Source: Octopus sinensis
Taxonomy: Eukaryota
Assembly (NCBI RefSeq): GCF_006345805.1
Contig: NC_043001.1
Span: 73,036,001-73,100,000, forward strand
DNA length: 64,000 bases
Reading direction: 5' to 3'
The translations under genes and the position numbers were made by a program. Below the pieces are notes generated by a model that saw nothing but the letters and a program-made list of their open reading frames with translations, was not told the origin of the DNA and made no database searches. Positions 40,534 to 52,400 of the stretch are shown in pieces. Numbering within the stretch: position 1 is the first letter of the stretch; each line of letters begins with the position of its first letter.

Positions 40534-40535
<2 letters not shown>
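40275..40535 (-). mobile_element. Young RTE-tailed repeat (family C) ending in (GAT)n
   Basis: Minus strand: ACACTCTCGGAGTGGTTGGCGTTAGGAAGGGCATCCAGC...CATGGAAAGCGGACGTTAAACGATGATG; plus-strand copies near 2040-2245, 29310-29515, 40090-40180 and 41330-41530. Confidence 0.85.
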
Positions 40536-40568
<33 letters not shown>

Positions 40569-40571
<3 letters not shown>

Positions 40572-40886
40572 CATATATGGGTACAGGAAGTCACCAACAG
40601 TAAACAACATGAAATACAAAAACAAATGAGTTCAATACACAAACAACCACAGAATCAAATGGAAAACAGGAGAAGTAACATAAAGAACAGCCCTTCATCA
40701 GTTATCAACTGTCTATCTACTCCTCATTTCAAGCAGGAGTATACAGCTGACAACTGATGAAGGGTCATTCTTTACATTACTTGTCCTGTTTTCTATTTGT
40801 TTCTCTTGTTGTTTGCATATTGAACTCATTTGTTTTCGTATTTCATGTTGTTTACTGTTGGTGACGTCCTGTACCCATATATGCAT
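40569..40886. repeat. Long inverted repeat (foldback) with ~155-bp arms and a 10-nt loop
   Basis: 40569-40724 is the reverse complement of 40735-40886, roughly 85-90% identical by eye. Confidence 0.95.
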
Positions 40887-40895
40887 ATGTGTATA

Positions 40896-41300
40896 TCTTC
40901 TTTATATAATAAAGCTCAATGTCTGTGTTTCTGTACATCTATAGGACGAAAGTGAATAGAAGATATGTAAAAACAAAGTATGTGTTCTTATGTAAAATTT
41001 TACAAGAAAGACGATGAGCTACACAAAATTTACTTTCCATTGTAATTAGGGGGCTTAAAAGGGTGCAAACACCCCCTGTGAAATCTCAAATACCTCCGAT
41101 TTCAATGAAAATAACAATAGTTAATGGGTTAGATGGGGTGCTGAAGATGGAGCAATGACTCCTGAAATGTGCATACCTTTACTTATTTTCTGTCATTGAT
41201 CGCATTGTTTACATAGACATATTCATAAACAAAAACATTGTGACTTTTAGTCCTGACTCTAAATTCTATTGAATATCCTTAGAGATAACTTTAAAACAAT
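40896..41300 (+). mobile_element. Possible non-autonomous Helitron-type element, 5' part
   Basis: A|TCTTCTTTATATAATAAAG..TGTCTGTG start and an internal CCGATTTCAATGAAA motif; no clear 3' CTAG. Confidence 0.45.
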
Positions 41301-41546
41301 AAGCACCAACCGATCATGGCCATTGCCAACCTCCTCTAGCCCCTGTGCCAGTGGCACATGAAAAGCACCCACCACACTCATGGAGTGGTTGGCGTTAGGA
41401 AGGGCATCCAGCTGTAAGAACACTGCCAGATCAGACTGGAGCCTGGTGCAGCCTCCTGGATTCCCAGATCCCAGTCAAACTGTCCAACCCATGCAAGCAT
41501 GGAAAACGGACATTAAATGATGATGATGATTTTGAAATAATATATA

Positions 41547-42816
41547 TTGGGTTGGCAAGAAAGTAATTTTTTAGTGTGAAATAAAAGTCATAATTTTCTT
41601 ACAATGAATGAACTTTAATCAATTATATATTTTGATTTTGTTTGATGACCTTTTGCCATATTTCTGGCAACTTCCTGATTCTGTACTCATAGAACTTCTG
41701 GTCCTTTTCAGCCAGAAAGTGAAGCAAGTGTGATTTCAGGTCATCATCGTCATTGAAAGTTTTACCATTCAAAGAATTTTGCAAACTTTGAAATAAGTGG
41801 TATTCTAGTGGTGCAAGGTCAGGGTTATACGGTAGATGCAACATCACTTCCCAACCATGCTCCAATAATTTTTCACAAGTTAGCAAAGGCGTGTGTGGTT
41901 TAAAATTGTCATGGTAGAACACAATTCCTTTACAACTTACCAATTCTGGCCGTTTTTCTTTGTTTCCTCCAGTTTCATTAGTTGTTTACAGTAAACATCT
42001 GAACTGATCGTTTGGCTCCTTGGAGGCAGCTCAAAATACACAACACTTTTGTAATCCCACCAAATTGACAGGATGACCTTCTTTTGATGCACTTCAGCTT
42101 TCTATGTAGTTTGTGCTGGTTCATTACACTTGGACCATGATCATTTTCGATTGATGTTTTTGTAGACAATCCATTTTTCCTCACCGATGATTATTCATTT
42201 CAAGAAATAGTTGATTTCATTGTGTTTGAGATGCATATTGCAAATAATGATTTGTTGTATTAATTGAATTTCTTTCAATTTATGTGGAACCCAAATATCA
42301 AGCTTCTTAAGGAGCCCAAGACATTTTAAGTGATTTTCAATTGTTGTGTGTGATACATTTAACCTCTCAGCAATTTCTTGCACGGTTATATGACAATCAG
42401 ATTCAATTATGACTTTGATTTAGTCATCAATAACTTCATTAGGTCGACCAGAACGTTAGTCATCTTTAAGTGAAAAATCTCCAGAATGGAATATTTTAGA
42501 CCATTTCTGACATGTGTATTCTGTTAAGCAATCAACACCATAAATTTCACACATCTCTTTATGAACCTCAGCAGCTTTCTTGCCTTTACAGAAATAAAAA
42601 AGCAAAATATTGTGAAAATGTTCATTTTTTTCACTCCATGTTAAAATTGACACTGAACTAACAGCTGTAAACAAAATTACATGCAATTTACTTCTAAAGT
42701 AAGCTAAAAGTAACAGCTATCAAATGTCAAAAGGAAAAAATCATAATGTTGACAAGTCATTCAAAAAAATCGTAACTCTATTCACGAAAAACAAAATTAC
42801 TTTCTTACCAACCCAA
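41547..42816 (-). mobile_element. Full-length decayed mariner (mellifera-subfamily-like)
   Basis: TA|TTGGGTTGGCAAGAAAGTAATTTT...AAAATTACTTTCTTACCAACCCAA|TA; 1270 bp. Confidence 0.94.
41623..42639 (-). pseudogene. Mariner transposase pseudogene
   Basis: NEHFHNILLFYFCKGKKAAE, WVPHKL, HDNFKPH, PYNPDLAPLEYHLF; split over four ORFs. Confidence 0.93.
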
Positions 42817-42834
42817 TATATATATATATATATA

Positions 42835-43055
42835 CTCTTTTACTCGTATCAGTCATTTGACTGCAGCCATGCTGGAGCACTGCCTTTAATTGAGCAACTC
42901 GACTCCGGGACTTATTCTTTTGTAAGCCCAGTACTTATTCTATCGGTCTCTTTTACTGAACCGCTAAGTAACGGGGACATAAACACACCAGCATCGTTTG
43001 TCAAGCAATGCTAGGGGGACAAACACAGACACACAAACACACACATGCATATATA

Positions 43056-43104
<49 letters not shown>

Positions 43105-43260
43105 CATACAACGGGGCTTCTTTTCAGTTTCCATCTACCAAATCCACTCACAAGGCTTTGGTCGGCCCGAGGCTATAGTAGAAGACACTTGCCCAAGGTG
43201 CCATGCAGTGGGACTGAACCCGGAACCATGTGGTTGGTAAACAAGTTACTTACCACACAG
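42835..43260 (-). mobile_element. Young near-full-length SINE-A
   Basis: Retains many CpGs (GGTCGGCCCGAGG, GAACCCGGAACC); internal (TA)n. Confidence 0.9.
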
Positions 43261-43499
43261 CATAAATATATATATATATCTATATTTCACAAAAAATTTT
43301 TCATTTTGGCAAAAAACCAGTCATTTTTGTTGGAAGGAATTTAGTCATTTACATTGATACCAATACTTGGATGATACTTTATTTTATTGAAACCTTAAAG
43401 GATGAATGGCAATGTTGTCTTTGACAAGACTGGAGCTCAGAACAAATACTGCAAAACATTCTATCCATTGCTCTAACAGCTCTGCCTATGCATAATTAA

Positions 43500-43860
43500 A
43501 TCCATTTTTCATACTTGCATTGTTTGAATGGGTCATTTCCTACACACCATTTCACTATTTGTTGCATGCCTTCTATCATCTCTTTTGTGATGTTCAACAT
43601 CCCAAGATCAGGCTTTTACCATTACTGCCCCTGTCTTCTTTGATCTTCCTCTTCCACAACTTTCAACTTTGGATATTCTGGCACTTCTTTATCCATTAGT
43701 TATCCTCTATATGAAAACAGTCTTCTTTCTTGCACATTACATTTGATTCCTCTTATACCTAGTTTATTTCTCAGCCCATCTATGCCACATCATTCATGCA
43801 AACACTAACATTACATTACGCATACAGAAGAATGTGCTTGCTTCATTTCTCTCCAACTTA
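43500..43860 (-). mobile_element. RTE LINE 3' end remnant
   Basis: Minus strand: LERNEAS, LRNKLGIRGIKCNVQERRL, WIKKC, CGRGRSKKT, then a 3' UTR ..ATGCAAGTATGAAAAATGGA. Confidence 0.78.
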
Positions 43861-43880
43861 TCATGACTTTGTGTGTGTGT

Positions 43881-43919
<39 letters not shown>

Positions 43920-46399
43920 AGGTAAAGTTAATCACCACATCATTGCTTCTTAGTACAGTTACTACTCTGATCTCTTCTTGAAATTTTCCAACTAGCTATT
44001 TTGCTTATATATATATATGAGATGATTTAATGTCTACTTTGCATATGTCAGGTAAAATTTGTTGAGGCAGATTTTCTGCATTCAGATATTCTTCCTCTTA
44101 TTAACCCTCACCTCTTTCCACGTAAGGTAATATTTCCCTTAGTCTGTCAAACAAAAAACAGCTCAATGACTAGGCATGCTTTTGCAGCAGATTCCTCTCG
44201 CTGGCACAGTTTCTATGGATGGTGACATTATACTAAATGTCAAGACAATGGGAAAGTTCAAACACTCACACAAGCATACATGCATATATCTATGATAGGC
44301 TTCTTACAAATTTTGTAGGCAAACTCCCTTTACAAAGCATTGTTCTCAGCCCAAGGCCTTAGTAGAAGGTACTTGCATACAGTGCTACACAGCATTAACC
44401 ATAAACCATGTGGTTACAAAGTGAACTTCTTGACAGCCATGCACACCCACACTCACACTAGGCTTCTTTCATTTTATATCTACCTAATCACTTACAAGCC
44501 TTACTTTGGCCTGGGGTTACATTAGAAGACACCCGATGTGTCACACAGTGGGATCCATATATGTATGTGTGTATATATATATATATATATTTATGTGTGT
44601 GTGTCAAAATTCATAGTGTATAGAGGCCTTAGGTGTGCAGCCAAACCCACATTCTTCTCTACCCCATTTTCTGCAGTCTGTGTCTCATCTCATGTTTACA
44701 TATATCACTTCATTTAAAGTGGATATCATCAAAATTAACTTTGGCTACTGTCTAGTCCCTGGTCATCCTTGATTGAACAAACCCTCCAACCAGCTATAGT
44801 GGAGGATATTGTCATTCATCTTCTGTTTTTTCATCACAGTTTGTGTTTTGGGGGCAATCAGCTGTTTGCTATTTCTAGCAGATTGAGTGAACACATATAG
44901 GTTCCTTGTTCGGTTTAAGTTACCAAATTATCAGCGGTCTACAGTCACAGAGTTCAGAACAGCTGATTTAGTCAGCAAGTCTCACACTAACCTGTGTTGA
45001 GTAGGGTGGGGTTATAAAAATCTTGTTCCTCTATTATGGCTCATTAGAATTCATCAAGTTCATATCCAGCTGAGACAGAACTTGGAAGGTGTAGTGAGGT
45101 ATGTGTGTCTATGTGGTGAGAAATTTATGAAGATGGTTAGATAGCATCACAGCTATAACTATGAGGTTAAAATGCTTGGTTCGTAATTACATAGTACTAG
45201 GTTTGCTCCTACCATGTGGAGCATCTTGGCCAAGTGTCTTGTAGCATGGCTTCAGGTTGAGTCGAAATTCATAAATAAAACTAGCTTTGTGAAAACTATT
45301 TGGAAGCCCATCAAGATGGACTACATCTGTTCTCTCATGTGGGGGTAGGGTAAACTTAGTCCCTCTGTTAGTTTAATATCCCCACTACCTGGATCTGAGC
45401 TACCTTTAATGGAATCTAATCTGTTTGCAAACACTGAAACCAAGATAAATCATGAGTTGCAATTTCTTCCTCTCTTTCACTGTGACCAGTGTCAAAAATC
45501 TTATAAAAGCCAGAACACTGCACCACCATCTATGATTAACCCTTTTGTTAGTATATGCAAATTAATGAAAACACAGGGTAGTAACGAACTGAAATTTTGA
45601 ATACATAAGAAACATTAAATTGTGGTATCACATTCTTAAGTTTTAAAGACACATACAAGTGATAACAAAGAAATGCAAGGAAAGGTGAGACTATGTTGAA
45701 AAGGGACTCACCCATCACATCCAAGCAAGGAACTGGACATAAAAATGATGATGGATGACTACATGGTAAGAAGTTTGCTTCCCAACCACATTGTTCTAGG
45801 TTCAGTTCCACTGTGTGTTACCTTGGGGCAAATGTCTTCAGCTATAGCCTCAGGCCAACCAAAGCCTTATGAGTAGATTTGGTAGATGGAAACTGAAAGA
45901 AGACCGTCTTTTATATTATATATATATATATTTCTTATATGTGTGTGTGTGTGTATACATACAAGTCTATGTGTGTGTGTGCCTTTGTGTCTGTTTGTTC
46001 CTTACCAGCGCTTAACATCTAGCTTTGGTGTGTTTACATCCCATGACCTTGTGGTTTGGCAAAAGAGACCAATAGAAAAAGTTCTGGGGTCAATTTGTTC
46101 AACTAAAATTCTTCAAAGTAGTGTCCCATCATGGTCACAATCTAATGACTGAAACAAGTAAAAGGTAACAGAAAGATGTGTATATGAGCACAGGCATCGC
46201 TGTGTGGTTCAGAACTCCACTTCTTAACCACATGGCTTTGTGTTCAGTCTCACTGCACTACACTTTGAGTAAAGGTATTTTGCTGTTGCCTAAGGCAATA
46301 GCAATGCCTTGTGAAAGAATTTGATAGACAGAAACTGAAAGAAGCTCATTGTGTAATAGTGGGTGATATATATTATTACTGAGGAATTCTAAAGTAGAG

Positions 46400-46593
46400 G
46401 TGATTTGTTAACAGAACATGTCAACAGATGCATTCAAACCATAAGAAGTGCTTCAGTTGCAACATAGCCCAGTGTGGAATTGTAAACATATACATACACA
46501 GTCGTATGTGTGTATGTTTACAAAATTGCACTGAGCTATCTTCGCAGATGGGTGGCAATAGTGGTTTGTTGACATTTCTTGTCAACAAATAAC
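46400..46593 (+). repeat. Imperfect foldback with an ~90-nt inner hairpin (46458-46546)
   Basis: ATAGCCCAGTGTGGAATTGTAAACATA pairs with TATGTTTACAAAATTGCACTGAGCTAT; outer arms ATTTGTTAACA..TGTCAACA / TGTTGACA..TGTCAACAAAT. Confidence 0.8.
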
Positions 46594-47469
46594 TTGTTCA
46601 TTCTGCTTTCATATTTTTCTGGAATAAAAAAAAAAGAACTCTTTATTTGTAAAATAAGCAATGGTTACCGACTGGAAGAGCATCTAGCCCCAAAATCCTA
46701 CACCCAGTTACTTCTCATATAAGCCATACTGGCATGGGAAAAAAATGAACATTAAACAAAATGAACAAACTGTCAAACAGTATATGTTGCTCAACAGAAA
46801 ACATAGCTGCAGAAGGAGAATATGTTTATTTTGAGCAATTTGTTTAAAATGTTAACCCAAACAACAACCACCCACTAAAAAAAAAATTTATCTATTCATC
46901 TCATTAATCTTTATATAAATTGGCCAATATAAATGTTTGTGGTTGGTTGGTTGGTTGCATAACTTCTGTTTGGTACCTTACCATCTATTTTGGTTCTTGT
47001 AAATGCATAGTTTTCTGAAAAATGCATTTTTTTTTAATGAAATTTTACTTAGATTTTTGATGGAGTAGATTGTGATAAAATTTAGAATAACCTAAATTTA
47101 TTTAATTCAGCTATACAAATGAGATTCTGTTTTATTTAATTTATTTTAAGGTAAAATATTTTTCTTATGAAAATTAATGCTCATTCCATTGTTTTGTATA
47201 GTCACCAAGAAATTTGATAAGAGTCAAATTGTAATTTTTGTATGCTTGCCATAGTTACTGAGATTTACCCATAAATGATGTGTCTATAAAATTGTTGATC
47301 TAAAAGTTACTGTTACTTGTTATCAGTGATGTAAAAGATATCAATTGTGTTGGGCTTGGTTCCTATTTTACATCAGTAAACTAACAAGTTTCCTCAAATT
47401 CTGACAACTTCATAGCTATCAGCTGAAAATAGTTTAACATGTCTTGTCACTACATGCCAGTGGTGTCTT

Positions 47470-47980
47470 GTTGTTTAGCCCCAAGTCAGTTCTAATCAAG
47501 CAGATCATTGAGCCAAGGCATTCCAGTTGTGACTGTCCATTCTGATTAGGACAACATTATCCAATGTGTCTATTTTTTATTTAATTGTTAGGTGTGATTT
47601 GAGGTAGATTTAGGTGCTATATCTAGCAGCTTAAGTGACCAGGAAAAGCTTCCCCTACACTAGGATTTATTATATAAGTATGAATGGAATAGGATGTTGG
47701 AATGGTCATGCCTTTCCCAAATTAGGATAAATAGCTTCACCTATGAATTGAAACTAGATTGGGATAACCCTTAAAGACAGAGCTTCTAATGTGATTGCTC
47801 ACCCTACTAGAAATAACAGCTAAACCTCCCTCAGATCAGACCCAACCCTCTTAGAAAAACACTTGTTGGATAATGTAGTCTTAAACTCCTTACTGTGCAT
47901 AGGGAAAAGACATGATGGCCAAAGCTGGATTATATTTGATCATAGCTCTCCTTGTTCGGATTTGGCCTGGGTCTAAAGAA
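47470..47980. mobile_element. Inverted pair of unclassified repeat family E
   Basis: TTGTTTAGCCCCAAGTCAG...GTGATTTGAGGxAGATTT..TCTAGCAG (+) followed by its reverse complement; other copies near 15545, 19820, 44740, 49230 and 57960. Confidence 0.65.
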
Positions 47981-50291
47981 CGGACTGTCTTGGCTAGTTC
48001 TTTATTCTACTTGATGCTTTATTAGTTCTGTTAAGTTAGTTTGGCATCATTCAAACATGAAATCTTCAATTAACAGTGGCAGTATATGATGGTGATGATG
48101 ATGATATATAAACAACTGAGAAGAAAATAACTGTGCCACTTAAATAGGCAGCCAACACTTTATAGTGATATTGCAGAGTGTTTTATTTTGTTTTGTTTTT
48201 GGTTTTATTTTGTTTTCCATGTCACAGGCTCTGCTGTTCTTACTTTCCCACCACCTCCACAATAGCAACAAGTTATGATGCTTATGTTATCAATTAGTGT
48301 CTTACATTACTACACATATGCAGACACAACACACACACACACACACTGCTCTTACCCTGCCATTCTTTTAATCAATATTATCTCAATTTCTCCTCTTGGA
48401 TCCCCCCCACCCCCACCCCGCCCGTTTCTCACTGTTACCTTGTTATATCAGAGATATCATTTGAATCTTAAGAAAGCATTAAATATATCTTTTGAAACTA
48501 TTTGTAAACTTTCACCCAGACAGCCTTGTCTTTGGGTAGAGCCAAGGGGTAGGGTGAAGGAGTAGGAGGGGAGCAGACTATTTCCAAGATGTTTCTTTCA
48601 TTCTTTAAACTAAATACAAAAGCTTTAGATACCCCCACCCATCCCTACCCTACCCCCACCCATCCCTACCCTACCCCCAATGTCCACATTTCTTCTTTCC
48701 ATAGAAGAAGAAGAAAACCTAATTTTCTAACTCCAGGATTGACTCTGAACCTTAAACAAATAGAGCAGGTTTCTGTGAAGCACCCCCTACCAAGGTCATA
48801 GAATAAAATAGCCTGCAATGCAGATTCTTCTTTATACAACCTGTCCCCTCTACAGTGTACACTATAACTCTTGGTATTCACTCTTCTCTGTCTTCCATTA
48901 AGCCTTCATAAGCTAACTTCCCCTCTTCTCTCTCTCTCTCCATCTGTATCCTTATAGTCATTATTTACCAGATGAAACTTCAAATTTTCTTTTGTGTTTA
49001 TTATTATTATTATTATTATTCACTGTTTATGTTGTTCACCCCACCCCCCATCGTGTTAGTGTGGGTAGAATGGATCTACTAGTTCAAATATTTGCTTTTG
49101 TTGTTGAAACAGCTGTTTTATAAACTGACTGTTTTTCTGAAAAATGAGTACAGATGGTCAAGTCATTAGAGAAGGTCAACTTGTCTACCAACAGTAGGTC
49201 AGTGGTTCAATACTTGCTGTACCCTACTTTACAAATACTCTTAACTTCCTGAAATAATGGGATTACATGATGTAGGAACCGAGTTTCCCTGAAATGACAC
49301 TGTACTCTGTAAAATAAAGAAGGATACTTTGGACAATGTATTACCTGATATTCAAAAATTGGTGAAGTAGTCATGGTTGGAAGATCTTTCTCAAAAGTTT
49401 ACTCAATCAGATTTGATCTGGAGTTAAGCAACTTTCTCAACAACTTGTTGTAAGTACCATAATTAACTCCTATTCTGGGTTCATATGTTTACAATAGAAT
49501 GGACTCTTAAAGAAGGTGGTGGTGGTGGTAGCATTGTCATTGTTGTTGTGGCAATGGATTGAGTCTACCTCCTATAAAAACTTAAATTTTCTTCTTTTTT
49601 GGGCAGTTCAGGTCTCTTTATTGGACAGTGGTTGAATCCAGCTTAAGCAAGCATATATATCCATATATTATGTGTAAGCATTCTCTCAATTTCCTGTAAT
49701 TCAGACCACCTAATGATCCCAGCAGACAAAATGGAAAAAGTGTTATTTCAGAGGATGGCAAGGGAGATGTGCTGGAACACCCACTCTGACTTATGAGGTT
49801 CACATTTGCAGATAGCCATCTCCACCTTAATAATGGTGAACAGGGATATGCTTCAGTGACCAAGAATGCCAGAAGTGTTTCCACTGCCACAGGCTTTTCC
49901 ATAAAACTGGACTTCTGATGAAGTCTGAACAATGTTCATTTGGCTTTTGGCCCTGTCTGAAGAACCTCAAAATGCTGTGGCCCCTTTTCAGCTGTCCTTC
50001 AAATTTAATAATTCAAAATATCCCTCCTTCAGAAATAAGAAACATGTCAAATACAAGCCATCATTGAAACTGTTGCTATAGTTCTTACACCTTAAGAAGC
50101 TATTTTATCTGCTATGCCAAGAACAATTGTTCTCAAAATACATTCAGAAATCATGGAAATGGTTAAATATAAATCTAGATAGTATTCCATAGTATTTTTT
50201 GCTTTCATTAATAGAAGTAACTACATTGTGAAAGAACCATTCTAGCCACTTGAGATAGTTCCTGGTTCTATGATACAATTTTTCTTTTTAA

Positions 50292-50511
50292 CCCTTTAGC
50301 ATACAAATTACTCTGTTAAATTTAATGTTTATTTATTCACATTATTTTGAATTAATCAGGTATTATCTTGTAGCTTTGATATTTTGATTATGTGATTGTT
50401 TAATTTCAGAATGATATTATGAGATAGGAATGAGAGATCTGATCTGGCCAGTTTGAGCATAAAACAGTCAGTAGATTTTGGTCAAACATGGCCAGTTTAA
50501 CTGCTAAATGG
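50292..50511 (+). mobile_element. TTAA MITE family 2 copy nested in a family 1 MITE (~50240-50605)
   Basis: TTAA|CCCTTTAGC...GCTAAATGG|TTAT; the flanks TTCTATGATACAA and GATCTAAATTAGAACCTTCCAT are nearly contiguous in the 14428 copy. Confidence 0.85.
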
Positions 50512-51298
50512 TTATAGGATCTAAATTAGAACCTTCCATCAAAAATTCCATGTTAATTTATATTACAAACGCCAATTTAATAATAACTATTTCGATTTTA
50601 CTAGTTCCTTTTTTTTTTTTTTTTTTACATAATTTCTATGGCTTGGCTGTTATCAGAATTGACTGGTGTAATTCTCTATAATTCAAATGTAGAGCTCTGA
50701 TCAATGTAGCCAACACTGACACAATACTTAAAAGGGTTTAGTATTTTGCTAAAACAAATCATTATTTGTTCCATAAACAACAGCTGTTTCATTCTTTTAT
50801 TTTCATACTTGCTTCAGTTATTGAACTATGATCATGCTAGGGCATTGCCTAGCAGGGCTTAATGAAACAAATTACCCCTGTACTTGCTTTAAGTCTTGTA
50901 CTTATTTTTATCACTCACTTTTTGTTGAACCACTAAGTTACTGAGATCTACACAAACTGACATGAATCATCAAGTTTAGGTGGGACACAAGCACAAAGAC
51001 ACACATACACACACACACAGTATGAGCCTGATTTTGCAAAACACTGGAGAATATTGATCAGCAGCTAGAACTTTTAGTACATGATGCACACAAACCAAAC
51101 AATACATACCTATCTATATGCCCTTGGAGAAGCAACACAAAATCCAACTGAGGCTAAAAACAAACTTCTAACAGTGTCAGGGAATTTTTAGTACAGGAGG
51201 GGGAAAACAGAAAGGGGTTTTTTTATAGACATATTTTATTAATCTTTATACAAAGCATCTGTTTAAAAAGCCAATCTGCAAAGGGAGCTTAAGAGTAA

Positions 51299-51464
51299 TG
51301 CTTTAGCAATTTAACTGACCATATCCGGCCTCTCACACCTACCCTACAATATCATTCTAAAAATAAACAATCAAGCCAATGAAATTGCAAAGCTGTGAGA
51401 AAAAAGCATGATTAACTAAAACCAATATAAATAAATATTACATTGACATTTGAATGCTTAAGGG
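51299..51464 (-). mobile_element. TTAA MITE family 2 copy, internally deleted
   Basis: CTTTAGCAATTTAACTGACCATATCCGGCC|TCTCACACC...GCTTAAGGG|TTAA. Confidence 0.8.
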
Positions 51465-52099
51465 TTAAAGACCTTACACAATTAGTGTCTACACATCACA
51501 CACTTTCATGCATACACACACAACATGCTTCCACATTGTTTCTGGCCACCAAATCCACTCACAAAGCTATGGTCAGTCTGGAGCTATAAAACAAAAGACA
51601 CTTGGTGCCATGAACCTGAAACCATACAGTTGTGGAACAAACTTCTTAACCACCCAGCTATGCCTGCTCCTACAGACATTTTAAAATATAACAAGTTGGT
51701 TAAGTTTGTAAACTTAGTTTTATTTACTAAATAACTATGTTCTAGCTTCTTCAGTTCACAGTAACTGCTTTAAACCAGTTCTACCTGCTCCATCTCCCAA
51801 TTCCCATTGCTTCTCCATGCCACTGCACATCTTTTCTGCTTTTCTTTCCTTTAAGCTAACACTTACATCACTAGCCGTATTCTCAGTTCGTTTCAGTTTG
51901 GTGTATTTCCATTTTTATCTCAATCCTCCTCTTCTCTGCTGCACCCCTCCCCCACCATCACCACCAACTCCTTCCACTACTACTGCAACTCATTCTACTG
52001 CCAGTCTCACTGAAGTGTACTGAGGTGTACTGGTTCTTCATTTACATAACAGGGTTAATACATCTCAATTAATATTGAATTAAATGTTCACCGTATTAG

Positions 52100-52400
52100 G
52101 ACAATGATGATGGTGATGGCGATGACGGTGATGATGATGATGATGACTTTGGATGGGTGATGATGATTGTAACCTGACTGATTGAAAAGTATGTGATGAT
52201 AATAATGGTGGTGGTGGTGGTAGTAACTCGGTGAATGAAGTGATGACGACAATGCTGGTGGTGGTGGTGACGACAGGTTGTGTGAAGTATATTATGATGA
52301 TGATAGTGACAAAGACTACACAGATTGAATGAAGTCTATAATGCTGATATTGATGATCATGATGATAATGTTGATGTTCAGATACAGATTGAATGAAGTC
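52100..52400. repeat. (GAT)/(GGT) low-complexity tract with a recurring GATTGAATGAAGT motif
   Basis: Read directly. Confidence 0.8.

Noticed and set aside
46908-47200. Possible Helitron 5' end (TCTTTATATAAA..(GGTT)n)
   Set aside because: No 3' hairpin or CTAG and no second copy in the window; too weak to call.
48627-48680. Duplicated C-rich 21-mer with G-quadruplex potential on the minus strand
   Set aside because: Short low-complexity duplication with no supporting context.
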